DNA of 60,177 nucleotides from a virus (Duplodnaviria; Caudoviricetes): IMG/VR virus record IMGVR_UViG_3300046778_000044, positions 1 to 60,177 of that record; one strand, 5' to 3'. Shown piece by piece: positions 28,901 to 37,659 of this stretch (position 1 is its first letter; each line of letters starts with the position of its first letter). The notes under the pieces were generated by a model. It saw only the letters and a program-made list of their open reading frames with translations, ran no database searches and was not told where the DNA came from. The position numbers and the translations under genes were made by a program.

Positions 28901-31541
28901 AGCGCATAAGGTAGAGTATAAATTTAATCGTGTGAATAACACCTTTACTTATAATTATGAAGAAAATGGTGTAGCTAAATCTATTAATTCTAGCTTGTAT
29001 GTTCGTGCTGCCTTAGCACAATCTATGGGATTCGATATTGATAAAGAAGCCACAAGTGACATTATTCGCTTTGGCAATGAATTACTGTCTATGTCGCCTG
29101 CAGATATTGAATCAGCTCGTAAGACATTATTAAATACAGGTTCATTTGTTTTAGTTACTGACAAAGGTGCAGATACTATAGAACCGACTCACTTATCCCA
29201 TGCATTGCAAGGTTTAGAGTTTCTTCGTAAGTATAAAACTGCTGAAGGTGATACTTTTAGCGATGCCTTATCTGCTGAATACGATGCTTTAACTAGCGGT
29301 TTTAGTAACAAAGTTCAACAATTTGGTACTGTATCTACTACAAATCCAAAAGGTGTGCAAATCTCCACTCGTTCTGAGCATATGCGTCGTGTAGGTATTA
29401 TCGGTCCTGACAATGGAGTTGCTGACTTATTCCAAGATGCTGGTGTTGGTATTAACGACATGTTAAGTGACAAAAGTTTATTAGATAGCTATAAGAACTT
29501 AGCACGTGACACTATTCTTGACTTAAATCGTCAAGTATCATCTTTATCTACTAATTCAGCGAAACTGTTTGATGACTTATCAGCCTTACTGCCCGGTGCT
29601 GATCAACGCGCTGTAGAATCTAGTCAAATAACTATTAGCTCAGCTTTACGTAAGCTGTTTAAACCCGGATTTATGATTTTTAACTATTCTGCTGGTATTG
29701 GTCGTATTACTGCTAACTTAGGTGATGAAATGGTTGCAGAAATGATGAACCAAATTGCAACAGCTGACTTAAAAGTTCTTACTCCTGAAATGAAACAAGC
29801 TATGGAAGCATTAGCTGCGTTGGTTTATGTTAATGATAAAAAGTCTGGCATTACTTTAGATGTGCTTCAAAAACGTATTCGTAATGAGCCTTTATATAAC
29901 TTAAAGGTAAAAACTGTTGTTTATAATGACCAAGGTATGCGTAAACAAGTAATTCTACCAATTGATCAATATTTGGTTAAAGAAATTATTAGTCCTACTT
30001 ATGGTAATAGTGTTAAAGAAAGCTTTACTAAAAACTTTGCTGAATTTATTGAAATTCAAAATGTGACTAACGACGCATTTAAACTGTCATTTGCTGTGTT
30101 CGGTAAACTGTTACAACAAAAAGTAGATGCTTATCGTATTGCTACTAATAGTGCACCAATTAGTGAACAACAAATGTTGTCTATGATCGGTGAATTGCGT
30201 GAAGCATTCCCTGTGATTGCTGATCCCCTGAGTAGTGCATTAGAAGATGGTGTTTATGTATATACTACTGAGACTCGCACCCCCAAAGGTACTCTAGCGA
30301 CTACTACATCACCTTTACTTCGTTACGCTCAGAATGCAGGCAATCCAAGAAAAAGTCGTAGGATGAATCCACTTATACGTTCTTTAGTGGCAGCAGCTAA
30401 CGCAGGTGCAGTATTGCCATTCCATGCCTTGGATGGTGCTCAAATGTCACGTACAACGAATGAATTTGTATCTGCTTACATGAGTAAGATTAATGGTGCT
30501 CAGAAAGGTGCTGGTATTCTACCTGTACATGATGCGATCATTCCTCCATTACCATTTTCAGATATTATTGGTCATATTTACAATAAAAATACTGTTGAAT
30601 TGAACCAGAACTATTCTGTTATTGGTGAAATGAAGAAATTAGTTGAACGTGTAAATCGTATTCTTACTGATAAAGACAGTGAGTTGAAGTTAAATGCAGA
30701 TGACGTTAAAGCAGTTACATCATTATCTTTTATCAATAATAAAGCACAAGTTCAAGCAGATGCTGATGTGTTAAGTGCAACTCGTAGACTTAAACAGTTA
30801 GAAAATGCTAATAATCCCGATCAAGCGTTAATAGCACAAGCAAAAGTAGAACTAAATGAAGCTAAAAACGTGTTTTCATTCAAAAATACATTTGCTCATG
30901 TACAACAGAAAGTTAACTTATGGAATGAACAAGTTGAGGCTCAACGCGCTACTATGTTCGCACCCGGCACTAAAGTAGGTGTATTGGTTACTACTGGCGG
31001 CGGTGTGTTCACAGTTGGACAAGATAACGTAGATTTGAGCTACTTAGATAACTTACATGGTTTGTATGAGAAAGTTAAAGTAAGTGTTCCAGCAGAAGTA
31101 CAGGCTGAAGAAGTTGAAACTTCTGTACCTGTTAGTATCGTTGTACCTAACAAAGATGAGACTTTATCTGCAGACCAAACAGCTGAAGTGGAAGCTCAAT
31201 GGTCTATAGCTGTTAATGATGCTGTTAGTTCACTTAAGTATGGAGAATATTTAATTTTCTCTAAACAAGCTGTGGAAACTCGTGATTTAGGAGACGATTC
31301 AGTTAATGGTGAAAGTTATGTATTTAATCGTGTTATGGAAACAGGTGACTACGATGTAAGCGATATTGAAGTAGATGGTGTAAAAGTTTATCAAGTCTCT
31401 AAAGTAGACGCAGATAACGATTCAACATTGATCAACGCTGATTGGGATGGTATCATTACCGAATTCGATACTGTGTCTAATAAGAAATCATTTAAAGATA
31501 CTGTTAATAAATTCAAAGACCATACCAAAAGGTGCAAATAA
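22920..31541 (+). CDS. Virion-encapsidated single-subunit RNA polymerase, N-terminal plus catalytic part (N4 gp50-like)
   Basis: 2873 aa; T7/N4-type motif A EYDALTSG (~29283), motif B RKLFKPGFMIFNYSAG (~29649), motif C VHDA (~30528); essentially Cys-free. Confidence 0.9.
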   Translation: MAEYDVFENVSPEVPAASAPVTPAIASSPARTDNLAQARTSKIDRLANRVGLGPQDRTDGFAAVGGYNESLRNKVLNDYSQYELDYVGQRLNNQYGVIETSQGLMHQNEDGTMVPYEGDPKGLMSYYEFGTKNGNIKRGTWGGRNPADRYANDYLSSRKTPDYVGEEGVDVNQLKRHYLLPADVARTYEALQHGSSKAMENRIIRDPVNGDRSAYFAGRDRIGSGATEVYRNVPTTAPENFDGDTLYNTVNDRFAFGAASNIGTGREAIADSYRQQAQLTKQNSYAKPEEAKVGTQSIADSYRQQAEGSVTTHESPGGFINRSANTGAAVGAGLTRSLILDSAAAAASLFGKELGTADSRRETANNLFGYDESYSQEAMQRVSDRVGRMYDAKELDMNDLLAITGDAITNPEIIGDSVGVLIGTFAGLGKFTKIGKAISNVEKAYRGGRYTATEAKAAVSNIKSTESLWNNVAHLTASNAGYAATVAGTTNNAVDQFLENNNGEATVFDVLRIGAFQAAITGIDRFAGAVALRDIPGIRSIGMFSPESTKAMKAVVSQMPADVYSKTADAVAKVLSGTAKLGASSSLEGVTEYVQTMGDLFSQQYATEKYGDEFGQLFGDRANQIESLASAAIGSTMGAEMHVANQGVGSLTSALQSGVQAAKQAVTNKASAAPAQPTAPQLSEEEIADQDTDRKSYSTTLNRLTKNYVADKINPSSLTGALSDLAELDRTRYAVEGKADETELATADEVLEQIKSHIATLVTSSPDGNFTLSHDSVEGSSELPRQQVGANAQSFTNVNAQAARDQADLLDLTGSIEEEFAKGKTAKQVQMTLENAMASIPLEDRADFIVSVRATLGIPSQADEEGKKEFTAWKAARDNRATASTLNSRPLTEKEQRALAESAINIVAERRAADITPDEITKLNNFGTANGLDADRIDRIIKSHSSVESEATVEERGVMGRERNLDTLLNAEKPNSKRVQAAYDEASQWLSKTLGSIQELEDGVRKAEEMADSSSRSTLNSTKPITVLTDYIKFGGKPFDIQLRHNGTKYVADTRIALQRIADKQRTASNLRTLLEKFHNEAADVLDSASTLDAGSYRIPTEVKGSSEEIKYVKSVEKVLATIPKAGKKINRIIVGGKPDPRWNPRSRATAMNSLRTNVASKGDSYASTDVVYVHAAGKISAKNSAAKSELYKESSPAGKNIAAAIEAGATIVLDSDYQAGTTEGALVARYLKDNGYLPLGVVNGKNTVEASIFVPDTEESARRLATAKEQASTTKAMADAKEARQKRLADLALEKAAGVSERAPEAIESDIDAAIKSVRDDFLPTARRQLVESGEDVTDEAVEAKLATNVQSYMKNSVAKAVRAFRASVEQTNVPVDSPLVQADKGLQALVQAEITQGVKVQSDAKVLMTAWKKASALRLQGKELIDALNTALEVNGKHVATKRKDDNTIVLREVGDSILGDSAGSTNTIKSYAVEYQVINPNGSVTTVTEHPKFNPANYPVGKEEVREVKRTYINNKADADALRLTRELEELQNSTNPDEELITEIKRQLNIAKNVFLFKVLNINEITHNPTDYLSVTGITPLNTLSVDKLPPVFKKVADNMEAALKEVMSPLDKSEVGIKAGKRPKETEDYVRQMIDSPARSLIFDKDGNINSNTSAAMAIALGDLIKTDSFKLTLGKKDVTTLANMFRVTETEVTSEMRQMAEEHGTLAKSVAHNLGTSTLKALGITKLKADNVNRGQYERMVSDLGNYVIAGAEKQGILKTTEEKSDTLSEVFRDADTLGTDATTLFVHIPSKKANANGAMSTSFNKATTALSSDYDLISRFIPDATGNRKEPRFGSPIPQAEQEDILSSIRNDAVGGNIPAEAKETLRHFMNTPYEMDLENVGKFLSELEDTTTQAAVLKSLGYIEASENNPEYVKLPFVTKEIQEAINRDVENSIANVRQYYEAIQNGLPNEMYFPFYYTSNHRYMMNSNTLNGQADKLHRFFIYPKAHKVEYKFNRVNNTFTYNYEENGVAKSINSSLYVRAALAQSMGFDIDKEATSDIIRFGNELLSMSPADIESARKTLLNTGSFVLVTDKGADTIEPTHLSHALQGLEFLRKYKTAEGDTFSDALSAEYDALTSGFSNKVQQFGTVSTTNPKGVQISTRSEHMRRVGIIGPDNGVADLFQDAGVGINDMLSDKSLLDSYKNLARDTILDLNRQVSSLSTNSAKLFDDLSALLPGADQRAVESSQITISSALRKLFKPGFMIFNYSAGIGRITANLGDEMVAEMMNQIATADLKVLTPEMKQAMEALAALVYVNDKKSGITLDVLQKRIRNEPLYNLKVKTVVYNDQGMRKQVILPIDQYLVKEIISPTYGNSVKESFTKNFAEFIEIQNVTNDAFKLSFAVFGKLLQQKVDAYRIATNSAPISEQQMLSMIGELREAFPVIADPLSSALEDGVYVYTTETRTPKGTLATTTSPLLRYAQNAGNPRKSRRMNPLIRSLVAAANAGAVLPFHALDGAQMSRTTNEFVSAYMSKINGAQKGAGILPVHDAIIPPLPFSDIIGHIYNKNTVELNQNYSVIGEMKKLVERVNRILTDKDSELKLNADDVKAVTSLSFINNKAQVQADADVLSATRRLKQLENANNPDQALIAQAKVELNEAKNVFSFKNTFAHVQQKVNLWNEQVEAQRATMFAPGTKVGVLVTTGGGVFTVGQDNVDLSYLDNLHGLYEKVKVSVPAEVQAEEVETSVPVSIVVPNKDETLSADQTAEVEAQWSIAVNDAVSSLKYGEYLIFSKQAVETRDLGDDSVNGESYVFNRVMETGDYDVSDIEVDGVKVYQVSKVDADNDSTLINADWDGIITEFDTVSNKKSFKDTVNKFKDHTKRCK

Positions 31542-34500
31542 TGCAATGTGACATTAATACAATTAGTGATATGAAACAAACCCTTTTGGCTGCTACCAAG
31601 GAAGGTGTTCTCGAAAAAGGAGCTATGTCTTCTACTGGTGAGTCATTTGATCTCACTACAGCATTTTTTAAACGGTTAGCAACGCAAGTTCGCAATCCAG
31701 ATGATGTATTAGCAGAACTAGAAGCTCGTGATGCTGATTTGGATAAACCATTTCATCAGGCTTTACGTCGTGAATTAGGTGAAGAAGTGTATGTGGGTAA
31801 TGCAAAACATTATCTATTGTCTTCTTATACTGTTAAAAATACTGATGCCCTTGGGGGTGTTGAGTTTGTTTTACGTTTAGCACCAGCTGACAATGTAGCC
31901 TCTACAAAAGAATACCTATTCCGTATGAATAGCGATACATCTGTTGAGTCTATTGGACGTGTAGAAGGTACTATTGAAGGTGTTGGTAGTATGATTCAAC
32001 GTGCTTTATCAGCTACTATTAGAAAAATGCGCAGTGATAAGTTGACTAAAGTTGAATTAGACTCTCAAGGTGACAAAGATTTACGTAATACGCTTAAAAA
32101 GATGGCTCAGGTCGATACTGTACTAAATAGTAGACAGAACCGTAATGCTTCATCTTTGCAAGGTTACGAAAAAATTACTAACTACGTACATGGCAATATT
32201 GATTCCATGAAAGAAATGTTAGGTAAATTGCATGTATTAGGTAATTCAAAAGCTTCTACAGAACTATTAGCCTACTACAACCAACTATTAGAATCTATGC
32301 ACCCAAGATTTTTTAACCAAATGGAATTATTTCTTAAAAAGGGCACATTGGACACTTTTGGTCAAGTCGACTGGACAAACAATTCAATTCATATTGACGC
32401 AGTTAATGATCCTAGTGTTGTAACTACTCAGAGTGAAGCAGAAGTCTATATACACGAAGTTGTACACACTATGACAGCATGGGCTTTACGTCAAAAAGAC
32501 GTAGACATTGGTCCATTACGTTTACAATTAAACTATGCTATGGAAGCTGCTAAAGCGAAAACAACATGGCAAAATTTCTTAGTAGTACCAGAAAGTTCTG
32601 CTACAGTTACACAAATTGAACAAGCTAAAACTATACATAATTACATCTTTACAGGTAAGTCAAATGTCGATGAATTCATTGCATACACTCTGACTAACCC
32701 GCAGGTAATGGCTCACATGAAGACCATCAAACTGTCAGAAAACAAAGTAGTAGCTGATACGGTATTTGGTCGAGTAATGGACTTTTTTGGTAAAGCGTTG
32801 AACGTGCTAACCGGTAGATTTCATTTTAGAGATAATGATCTGACCGTATATGACAAAATTAATGACTTAGCATCTAAATTAGGTGAAGTTAATAATAAGC
32901 ACAAAGATGCATTGAAATCTATGAATCCACTAGGCCAGATGATGGAAGCTATTGATAATGCTGATGAATACCTTGCTGGTAAGATTGAAGACATTAAAAC
33001 AAAAGTAAAGAATACTGATGCGCGAATAACTAGACCAGCTCCAGATGCAGACCTTTTTACAAAATCAAAATTCTTAGTACAAGTCGGAGTTAAAGCGTTT
33101 ACAAATCCCGTATATCGTGGATTTATTGGACTTTGGGCTAGTGCATGGGGATTAAAACCTAATGGTACTCTACGTGAATTAGTTAGTACGTTCTTTGAAA
33201 GAGACGAAGGCTTCCGTTCAGCTGAAAAATTAAACCTTTTATCAAGCAAGATTGATGCCACTCGTAACAGTGTTATCAATGCTACTAGTGATGCACTTAA
33301 AAAAGCTTTTACAAGACAACTGAGTGTTGATGAAGAAAGTGCGCTTACTCGTGTATTGTTAAACACAAATTTGGCAACTCTGAGATATGCAAGAATTGGA
33401 AGAAGTAAACGTCCGGATACCCAGACAAGAAAACTCCTAACGGATAAGGATTATAGAAAGGAGCAAGCCACAAAGATCAAGTATAAGATTAATAACCTTA
33501 TAGGGGCCGATAAAGAACGGGCACTGTGGACTATTGCTCAGTCGGTTAGTCTTGGTTATTTTATGGCTACAGGTAAAGCTCATATCGCACAGAACTTTAA
33601 TGCAGATAATATAGCGAAAGGATATGGCACGCCTATTGAATATGATTCAAATAGTGAACTAAGTACTTTAGTTGATGAATTAGCATCTATAACTGCTGTG
33701 GAGTATGTATCGGCTAAAGACAGAAATCTTGTAGCTGAATTAATGGCTACACAAAAGAAAGGTATTGATGCACTGACAGATGCGTATGAAGCGTATAGAA
33801 CAAGTTCTAATGAGTATTTATTCAAAGATACTCCAGCTCATGCTATGGCAGGACATACAATGGAATTATTAGATGACTCTATTGACTTGACGATTGCTCC
33901 TATTAGTAAGAGACATACGTTAGAGCAAATGGGTTATGTAATGCGCTACAAGCTCGAACCTAAAAATGGTGATGTACTACAAAATGATCAAATGGCTTTG
34001 TTTACTACAGGTACGTGGGGTAAAGCTGGTCGTGTTCGAGGAACTGTGGGATTAGGTAAATTGAATGCGAAGGGTACAACTCTTAAAGCTATTAAGCGAA
34101 TAGATGATCCAAGATTATCGGATATTACTCATGCGAGAGACTTCGCTAAGATCAGTACTAAAGCCCTTGAGCTTCATCAAGCAATGCGTAATGGACGCTT
34201 TGATATAACTAATGTTGACTATGGAATGGCTCCTGTAATTGATTCTAATGGTCGAGTAACAGATTTCCGTTACATGATGTCAAAGGATCAAAAGGAAGAA
34301 CTTCTTGGGCAGGATTTGAGAGTAACGCAGGTATTAGCTCGATCTATGGGTAACATCACTCACCAAATTGGTCGTGATCAACTGAATAGTGATGCATTAC
34401 AAGAAATTAAAGAAGATATGAAGAAAAACTGGGCAGGCGGTACCATCGGTAAAGATCGTTATACTGAATACAGTTTAATTGGTCCAGATGCAACAGATCC

Positions 34501-35773
34501 GAATCTACGTGAACTGTATGCTATGTTACCTGAGACGTATCAAAAGTTTATTAAGTCCCGCGCAGATAAAACTATGGCTGTCCGTAGTGATCTGTTACGT
34601 GTGTACTTTGGTGAGCAGAATTTTAAACTGTCAAATGCTCCCGGAATTAAACTTTTACCTCCAATGATTAAAAATATCATTGATATTGTAGAAGGTGTAT
34701 GGCAAGAATTAGTTAAACTATCGAAAGGTGCGATTTTATTAAAAATGCCTTTAATCTTAGTATCTAACTTAATTAGTAACGTTCGTTATCAGTTAAACAC
34801 CGGTAATTTGAACATTGTAGAGTTAGCTAAAGATTATCGTGACAGTGCTCGTGAAGTAAATGAATATCTTACTTATAACCGTAAAGCAAATACACTACGT
34901 TTAGAAATTGGACGTGATCAAGAAGCATTAAAACGTGTACGCGATAATGCACCACTTAAAAATAAAATCACCGAAAAACGTGTAGAACTAGCTCGTTTAG
35001 AAGCTGCTTTAGCTTTGAATCCAGCAAAAGAGTTGTTTGATGCAGGTCTATATCAATCGCATATTGAAGATATTGACAACTCAGCATTGGATGAAGCAAA
35101 CCGTTTAACTAAACATATCAACAGTAAATTAGATAAAGCTCCACCATTAGTACGTGGTGCCATTGAAATTGCTTATTTGACACAAAATACTGCTTGGTAT
35201 AAGTTTTCACAAGAAGCATTACAACGTACCGATATGATTACGCGTTTGGTGGATAATAAAAGAGAATCAAGAAGAGAATTACAAGCCGTGAAGGGAGAGG
35301 TTAAGTTACCTCGTTGGTGGCTAACCGAGAAGAGAGAGTACAATCCTGATTATGCAGACACTAAAAAATTAACAGGAAATGAAGCAGTAGAGTTTCTAAC
35401 TAAGGCTAAAACCTTAAGATTACAAACTTTATTAGATAGTTATATTAACTACACATTACCTAACGGTAAATTTGAAGAATACCTTAACAGTATGGGTGTT
35501 TTGATGTTTACAAAATATTTAAAGCGTATTCAACCAGTAGCGTCAAGTACGTTATTTAATCACCCACTGAAAACAGCTTTAACACTGTTAACAGCAGGTG
35601 CGTTTCATGCAGGCGATATCATACAAGATCAAGCATTAATAGCACGTGGATTTGATCCGCATGGAGAATTTAGCTTTTCCAATATGATACCTGTATACAG
35701 CCCACTTTATCATCTTCACAATATATTTGTACCACCTATTGTGAAGGACGAATTTCGGATGGGACTGTTTTAA
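31541..35773 (+). CDS. Separate C-terminal part of the virion RNAP polyprotein, with a zincin-like metallopeptidase motif
   Basis: ATG at 31541 overlaps the upstream TAA (TAATG); HEVVH at 32453-32467 plus DEFIAYTLTN; C-terminal YINY...LNSMGVLMFTKYLKR recalls N4-type vRNAP C-termini. Confidence 0.75.
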   Translation: MQCDINTISDMKQTLLAATKEGVLEKGAMSSTGESFDLTTAFFKRLATQVRNPDDVLAELEARDADLDKPFHQALRRELGEEVYVGNAKHYLLSSYTVKNTDALGGVEFVLRLAPADNVASTKEYLFRMNSDTSVESIGRVEGTIEGVGSMIQRALSATIRKMRSDKLTKVELDSQGDKDLRNTLKKMAQVDTVLNSRQNRNASSLQGYEKITNYVHGNIDSMKEMLGKLHVLGNSKASTELLAYYNQLLESMHPRFFNQMELFLKKGTLDTFGQVDWTNNSIHIDAVNDPSVVTTQSEAEVYIHEVVHTMTAWALRQKDVDIGPLRLQLNYAMEAAKAKTTWQNFLVVPESSATVTQIEQAKTIHNYIFTGKSNVDEFIAYTLTNPQVMAHMKTIKLSENKVVADTVFGRVMDFFGKALNVLTGRFHFRDNDLTVYDKINDLASKLGEVNNKHKDALKSMNPLGQMMEAIDNADEYLAGKIEDIKTKVKNTDARITRPAPDADLFTKSKFLVQVGVKAFTNPVYRGFIGLWASAWGLKPNGTLRELVSTFFERDEGFRSAEKLNLLSSKIDATRNSVINATSDALKKAFTRQLSVDEESALTRVLLNTNLATLRYARIGRSKRPDTQTRKLLTDKDYRKEQATKIKYKINNLIGADKERALWTIAQSVSLGYFMATGKAHIAQNFNADNIAKGYGTPIEYDSNSELSTLVDELASITAVEYVSAKDRNLVAELMATQKKGIDALTDAYEAYRTSSNEYLFKDTPAHAMAGHTMELLDDSIDLTIAPISKRHTLEQMGYVMRYKLEPKNGDVLQNDQMALFTTGTWGKAGRVRGTVGLGKLNAKGTTLKAIKRIDDPRLSDITHARDFAKISTKALELHQAMRNGRFDITNVDYGMAPVIDSNGRVTDFRYMMSKDQKEELLGQDLRVTQVLARSMGNITHQIGRDQLNSDALQEIKEDMKKNWAGGTIGKDRYTEYSLIGPDATDPNLRELYAMLPETYQKFIKSRADKTMAVRSDLLRVYFGEQNFKLSNAPGIKLLPPMIKNIIDIVEGVWQELVKLSKGAILLKMPLILVSNLISNVRYQLNTGNLNIVELAKDYRDSAREVNEYLTYNRKANTLRLEIGRDQEALKRVRDNAPLKNKITEKRVELARLEAALALNPAKELFDAGLYQSHIEDIDNSALDEANRLTKHINSKLDKAPPLVRGAIEIAYLTQNTAWYKFSQEALQRTDMITRLVDNKRESRRELQAVKGEVKLPRWWLTEKREYNPDYADTKKLTGNEAVEFLTKAKTLRLQTLLDSYINYTLPNGKFEEYLNSMGVLMFTKYLKRIQPVASSTLFNHPLKTALTLLTAGAFHAGDIIQDQALIARGFDPHGEFSFSNMIPVYSPLYHLHNIFVPPIVKDEFRMGLF

Positions 35774-35936
35774 ACTTTGCTTTTGCTAATAGGACTTTAA
35801 ATACTGTGAATATCAAGAGTCCTATTACGCAAGCAATTGCAAATAAGTAACTGAGGTATATTAGTATTATAGAGAATAAAACAAATACCAAAATTCCAAT
35901 TACTATACCTACAGATTGGAAAAACTTCGCAATCAT
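35736..35936 (-). CDS. Small two-TM membrane protein
   Basis: Continuous hydrophobic sequence; ATGA-coupled to the upstream gene. Confidence 0.6.
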   Translation of the reverse strand: MIAKFFQSVGIVIGILVFVLFSIILIYLSYLFAIACVIGLLIFTVFKVLLAKAKFKTVPSEIRPSQ

Positions 35937-36253
35937 AGATTAAAATTCTCTAAGGTTTTAAGTTTCTTTTTTCCTTTTATTTCAAACTGACTATTAAGAT
36001 CGTCTATTTGTTCTTTAAAAAAACCTTTAAACTTGTTAGTAATCGTTGGAGGTGACAGGAATAAAAAAATACTAATTACTAAAGATCCGACCATAGCAAC
36101 GACCATACCAGCATAAGTTCCTTGAAAAAGAACAGCTAATACGATCATTAATGTCAAGTCCAGAATAGCGTCTTCGTATCGTTTACGATCAAATTTAAAT
36201 TTAATAACTAGTAAATTAAACGCAGACACAAGACCTATAATGATAAATTCCAT
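35933..36253 (-). CDS. Membrane protein with about three TM segments
   Basis: Hydrophobic helices and a basic tail; AGGGG RBS; TAATG coupling. Confidence 0.65.
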   Translation of the reverse strand: MEFIIIGLVSAFNLLVIKFKFDRKRYEDAILDLTLMIVLAVLFQGTYAGMVVAMVGSLVISIFLFLSPPTITNKFKGFFKEQIDDLNSQFEIKGKKKLKTLENFNL

Positions 36254-36717
36254 TACAGCCCCCTTTCAGCCAACAAAGCAGCTAATTTCTCTTCTGGACC
36301 TACAAAATCAGTATTCTTAAGCAATTTACCTTGAGCATCAAAAGTAGCGCTTTTAAGTTTTGCTTGATTTGCAGTCATAACAATATTCAAAGCTTTAGTA
36401 ATTCCTTGAACATCAAGGCCTAACTTTGCAATACTGCCCACTGCATATACAATTGCATCACAGGCCTTATCCAAAGCATCCACTGCAGGTATACTTACAG
36501 TTGATGTATCAGCTTTTAGGATATTACGTGCAATTTCTTTAGCACTTAATCCAGTACCTGTATCAGCGCCAAACAAAGAAATACCAATTTGATCAAGATT
36601 AAAACCTTCTAAAGCTTCTTCAATTAAGAAGGCAGCTTCAAGACGAGGGTTATAAGGTTTCCCTAAAAGACCAGCTTTTTCATTAAAAGTATGGATCTGT
36701 TTAATAGGGTTTTCCAT
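36253..36717 (-). CDS. MazG-like all-alpha NTP pyrophosphohydrolase
   Basis: IEEALE...ALDKACD.IVYAVG...V..AN..K...GKLLK..DF..PE; better start at 36717 (AAGGAG RBS). Confidence 0.7.
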   Translation of the reverse strand: MENPIKQIHTFNEKAGLLGKPYNPRLEAAFLIEEALEGFNLDQIGISLFGADTGTGLSAKEIARNILKADTSTVSIPAVDALDKACDAIVYAVGSIAKLGLDVQGITKALNIVMTANQAKLKSATFDAQGKLLKNTDFVGPEEKLAALLAERGL

Positions 36718-36727
36718 TTTAAGCTCC

Positions 36728-37321
36728 TTAAATAACAATTTTACCAATTTTTTTCAAGCGTGCTTTTACATCTTCACCGCCTAACCAGAATTCTTTACCT
36801 GTCAGAATACTTTTGTATTCCTTCGCAGATAATAACTCACCGTAGTAAGCCTTTAGAATATTAGCAAGTTGAGGACGATAAAATGCTTGGAAATCGCTTG
36901 CATCTGATGATTTAGCGGGACCCGAATAAGTTGTACCTTCATGGAATAACCAAGAAGAAGTATTCGTAATATCAAAGATATCACATGACAACAAAATCAA
37001 TGTACCAGCGGAAGCTACAGTACCTGCGGCTTTACCGGTAATAGTTGCTTTCGATTGTCGGATACTTTCGCCTAAATAATCAGCTGTGTCTAAACAACCG
37101 CCATTTGATGTAACATATACAGTGATGGCATCATCTTCAGTAGCGTTACGAAGAGTGTGTACAACACGATTATACTCGCTGGGTTCTACGATATCGTCAG
37201 TGATATAGATAGAATAGCCGTTTTCCGTTTTAATCACTGGAGCGTAATCTTTAAAAGGATCACGAGGAGTTTTTAATTCGTCAACAACTTGATAAATAAT
37301 TTCATCAATGCCTACTTTCAT
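36728..37321 (-). CDS. ClpP-like serine protease
   Basis: SNGG, ASAG (catalytic Ser), LFHE (His), EFWL. Confidence 0.8.
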   Translation of the reverse strand: MKVGIDEIIYQVVDELKTPRDPFKDYAPVIKTENGYSIYITDDIVEPSEYNRVVHTLRNATEDDAITVYVTSNGGCLDTADYLGESIRQSKATITGKAAGTVASAGTLILLSCDIFDITNTSSWLFHEGTTYSGPAKSSDASDFQAFYRPQLANILKAYYGELLSAKEYKSILTGKEFWLGGEDVKARLKKIGKIVI

Positions 37322-37326
37322 AGATA

Positions 37327-37659
37327 TTAGTCCTGTTTAAGGGGTGGTTGATTAGCTGCTTTGTTACTGCTTACTTCAGGTGCTGGTGTGGGTGTAAACA
37401 GTTCTAAAGCGTCACTAGCTAAGAGCACTAAATTGCTCCACGCAGCGCAGCGTTCTGCTTCAATTGGACTGGTAATACCAACAGCCAATTTACTATAGCT
37501 GTGGAACAATTCTGCGTCAGTTGGAGACACACCACGGTTATTTTCAGTTTGGCGACGAGAAGCAGCTTGAATAAGCGTTTGATAGACTATCTGCGTTGTA
37601 TTAGCATTTTCTCGAAATGTTGAAGCAAAATCATTTGCTTCGCTGTTAGTTTGGGACAC
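37327..37659 (-). CDS. Hypothetical protein
   Basis: AAGGAG RBS; fits the operon. Confidence 0.6.
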   Translation of the reverse strand: MSQTNSEANDFASTFRENANTTQIVYQTLIQAASRRQTENNRGVSPTDAELFHSYSKLAVGITSPIEAERCAAWSNLVLLASDALELFTPTPAPEVSSNKAANQPPLKQD

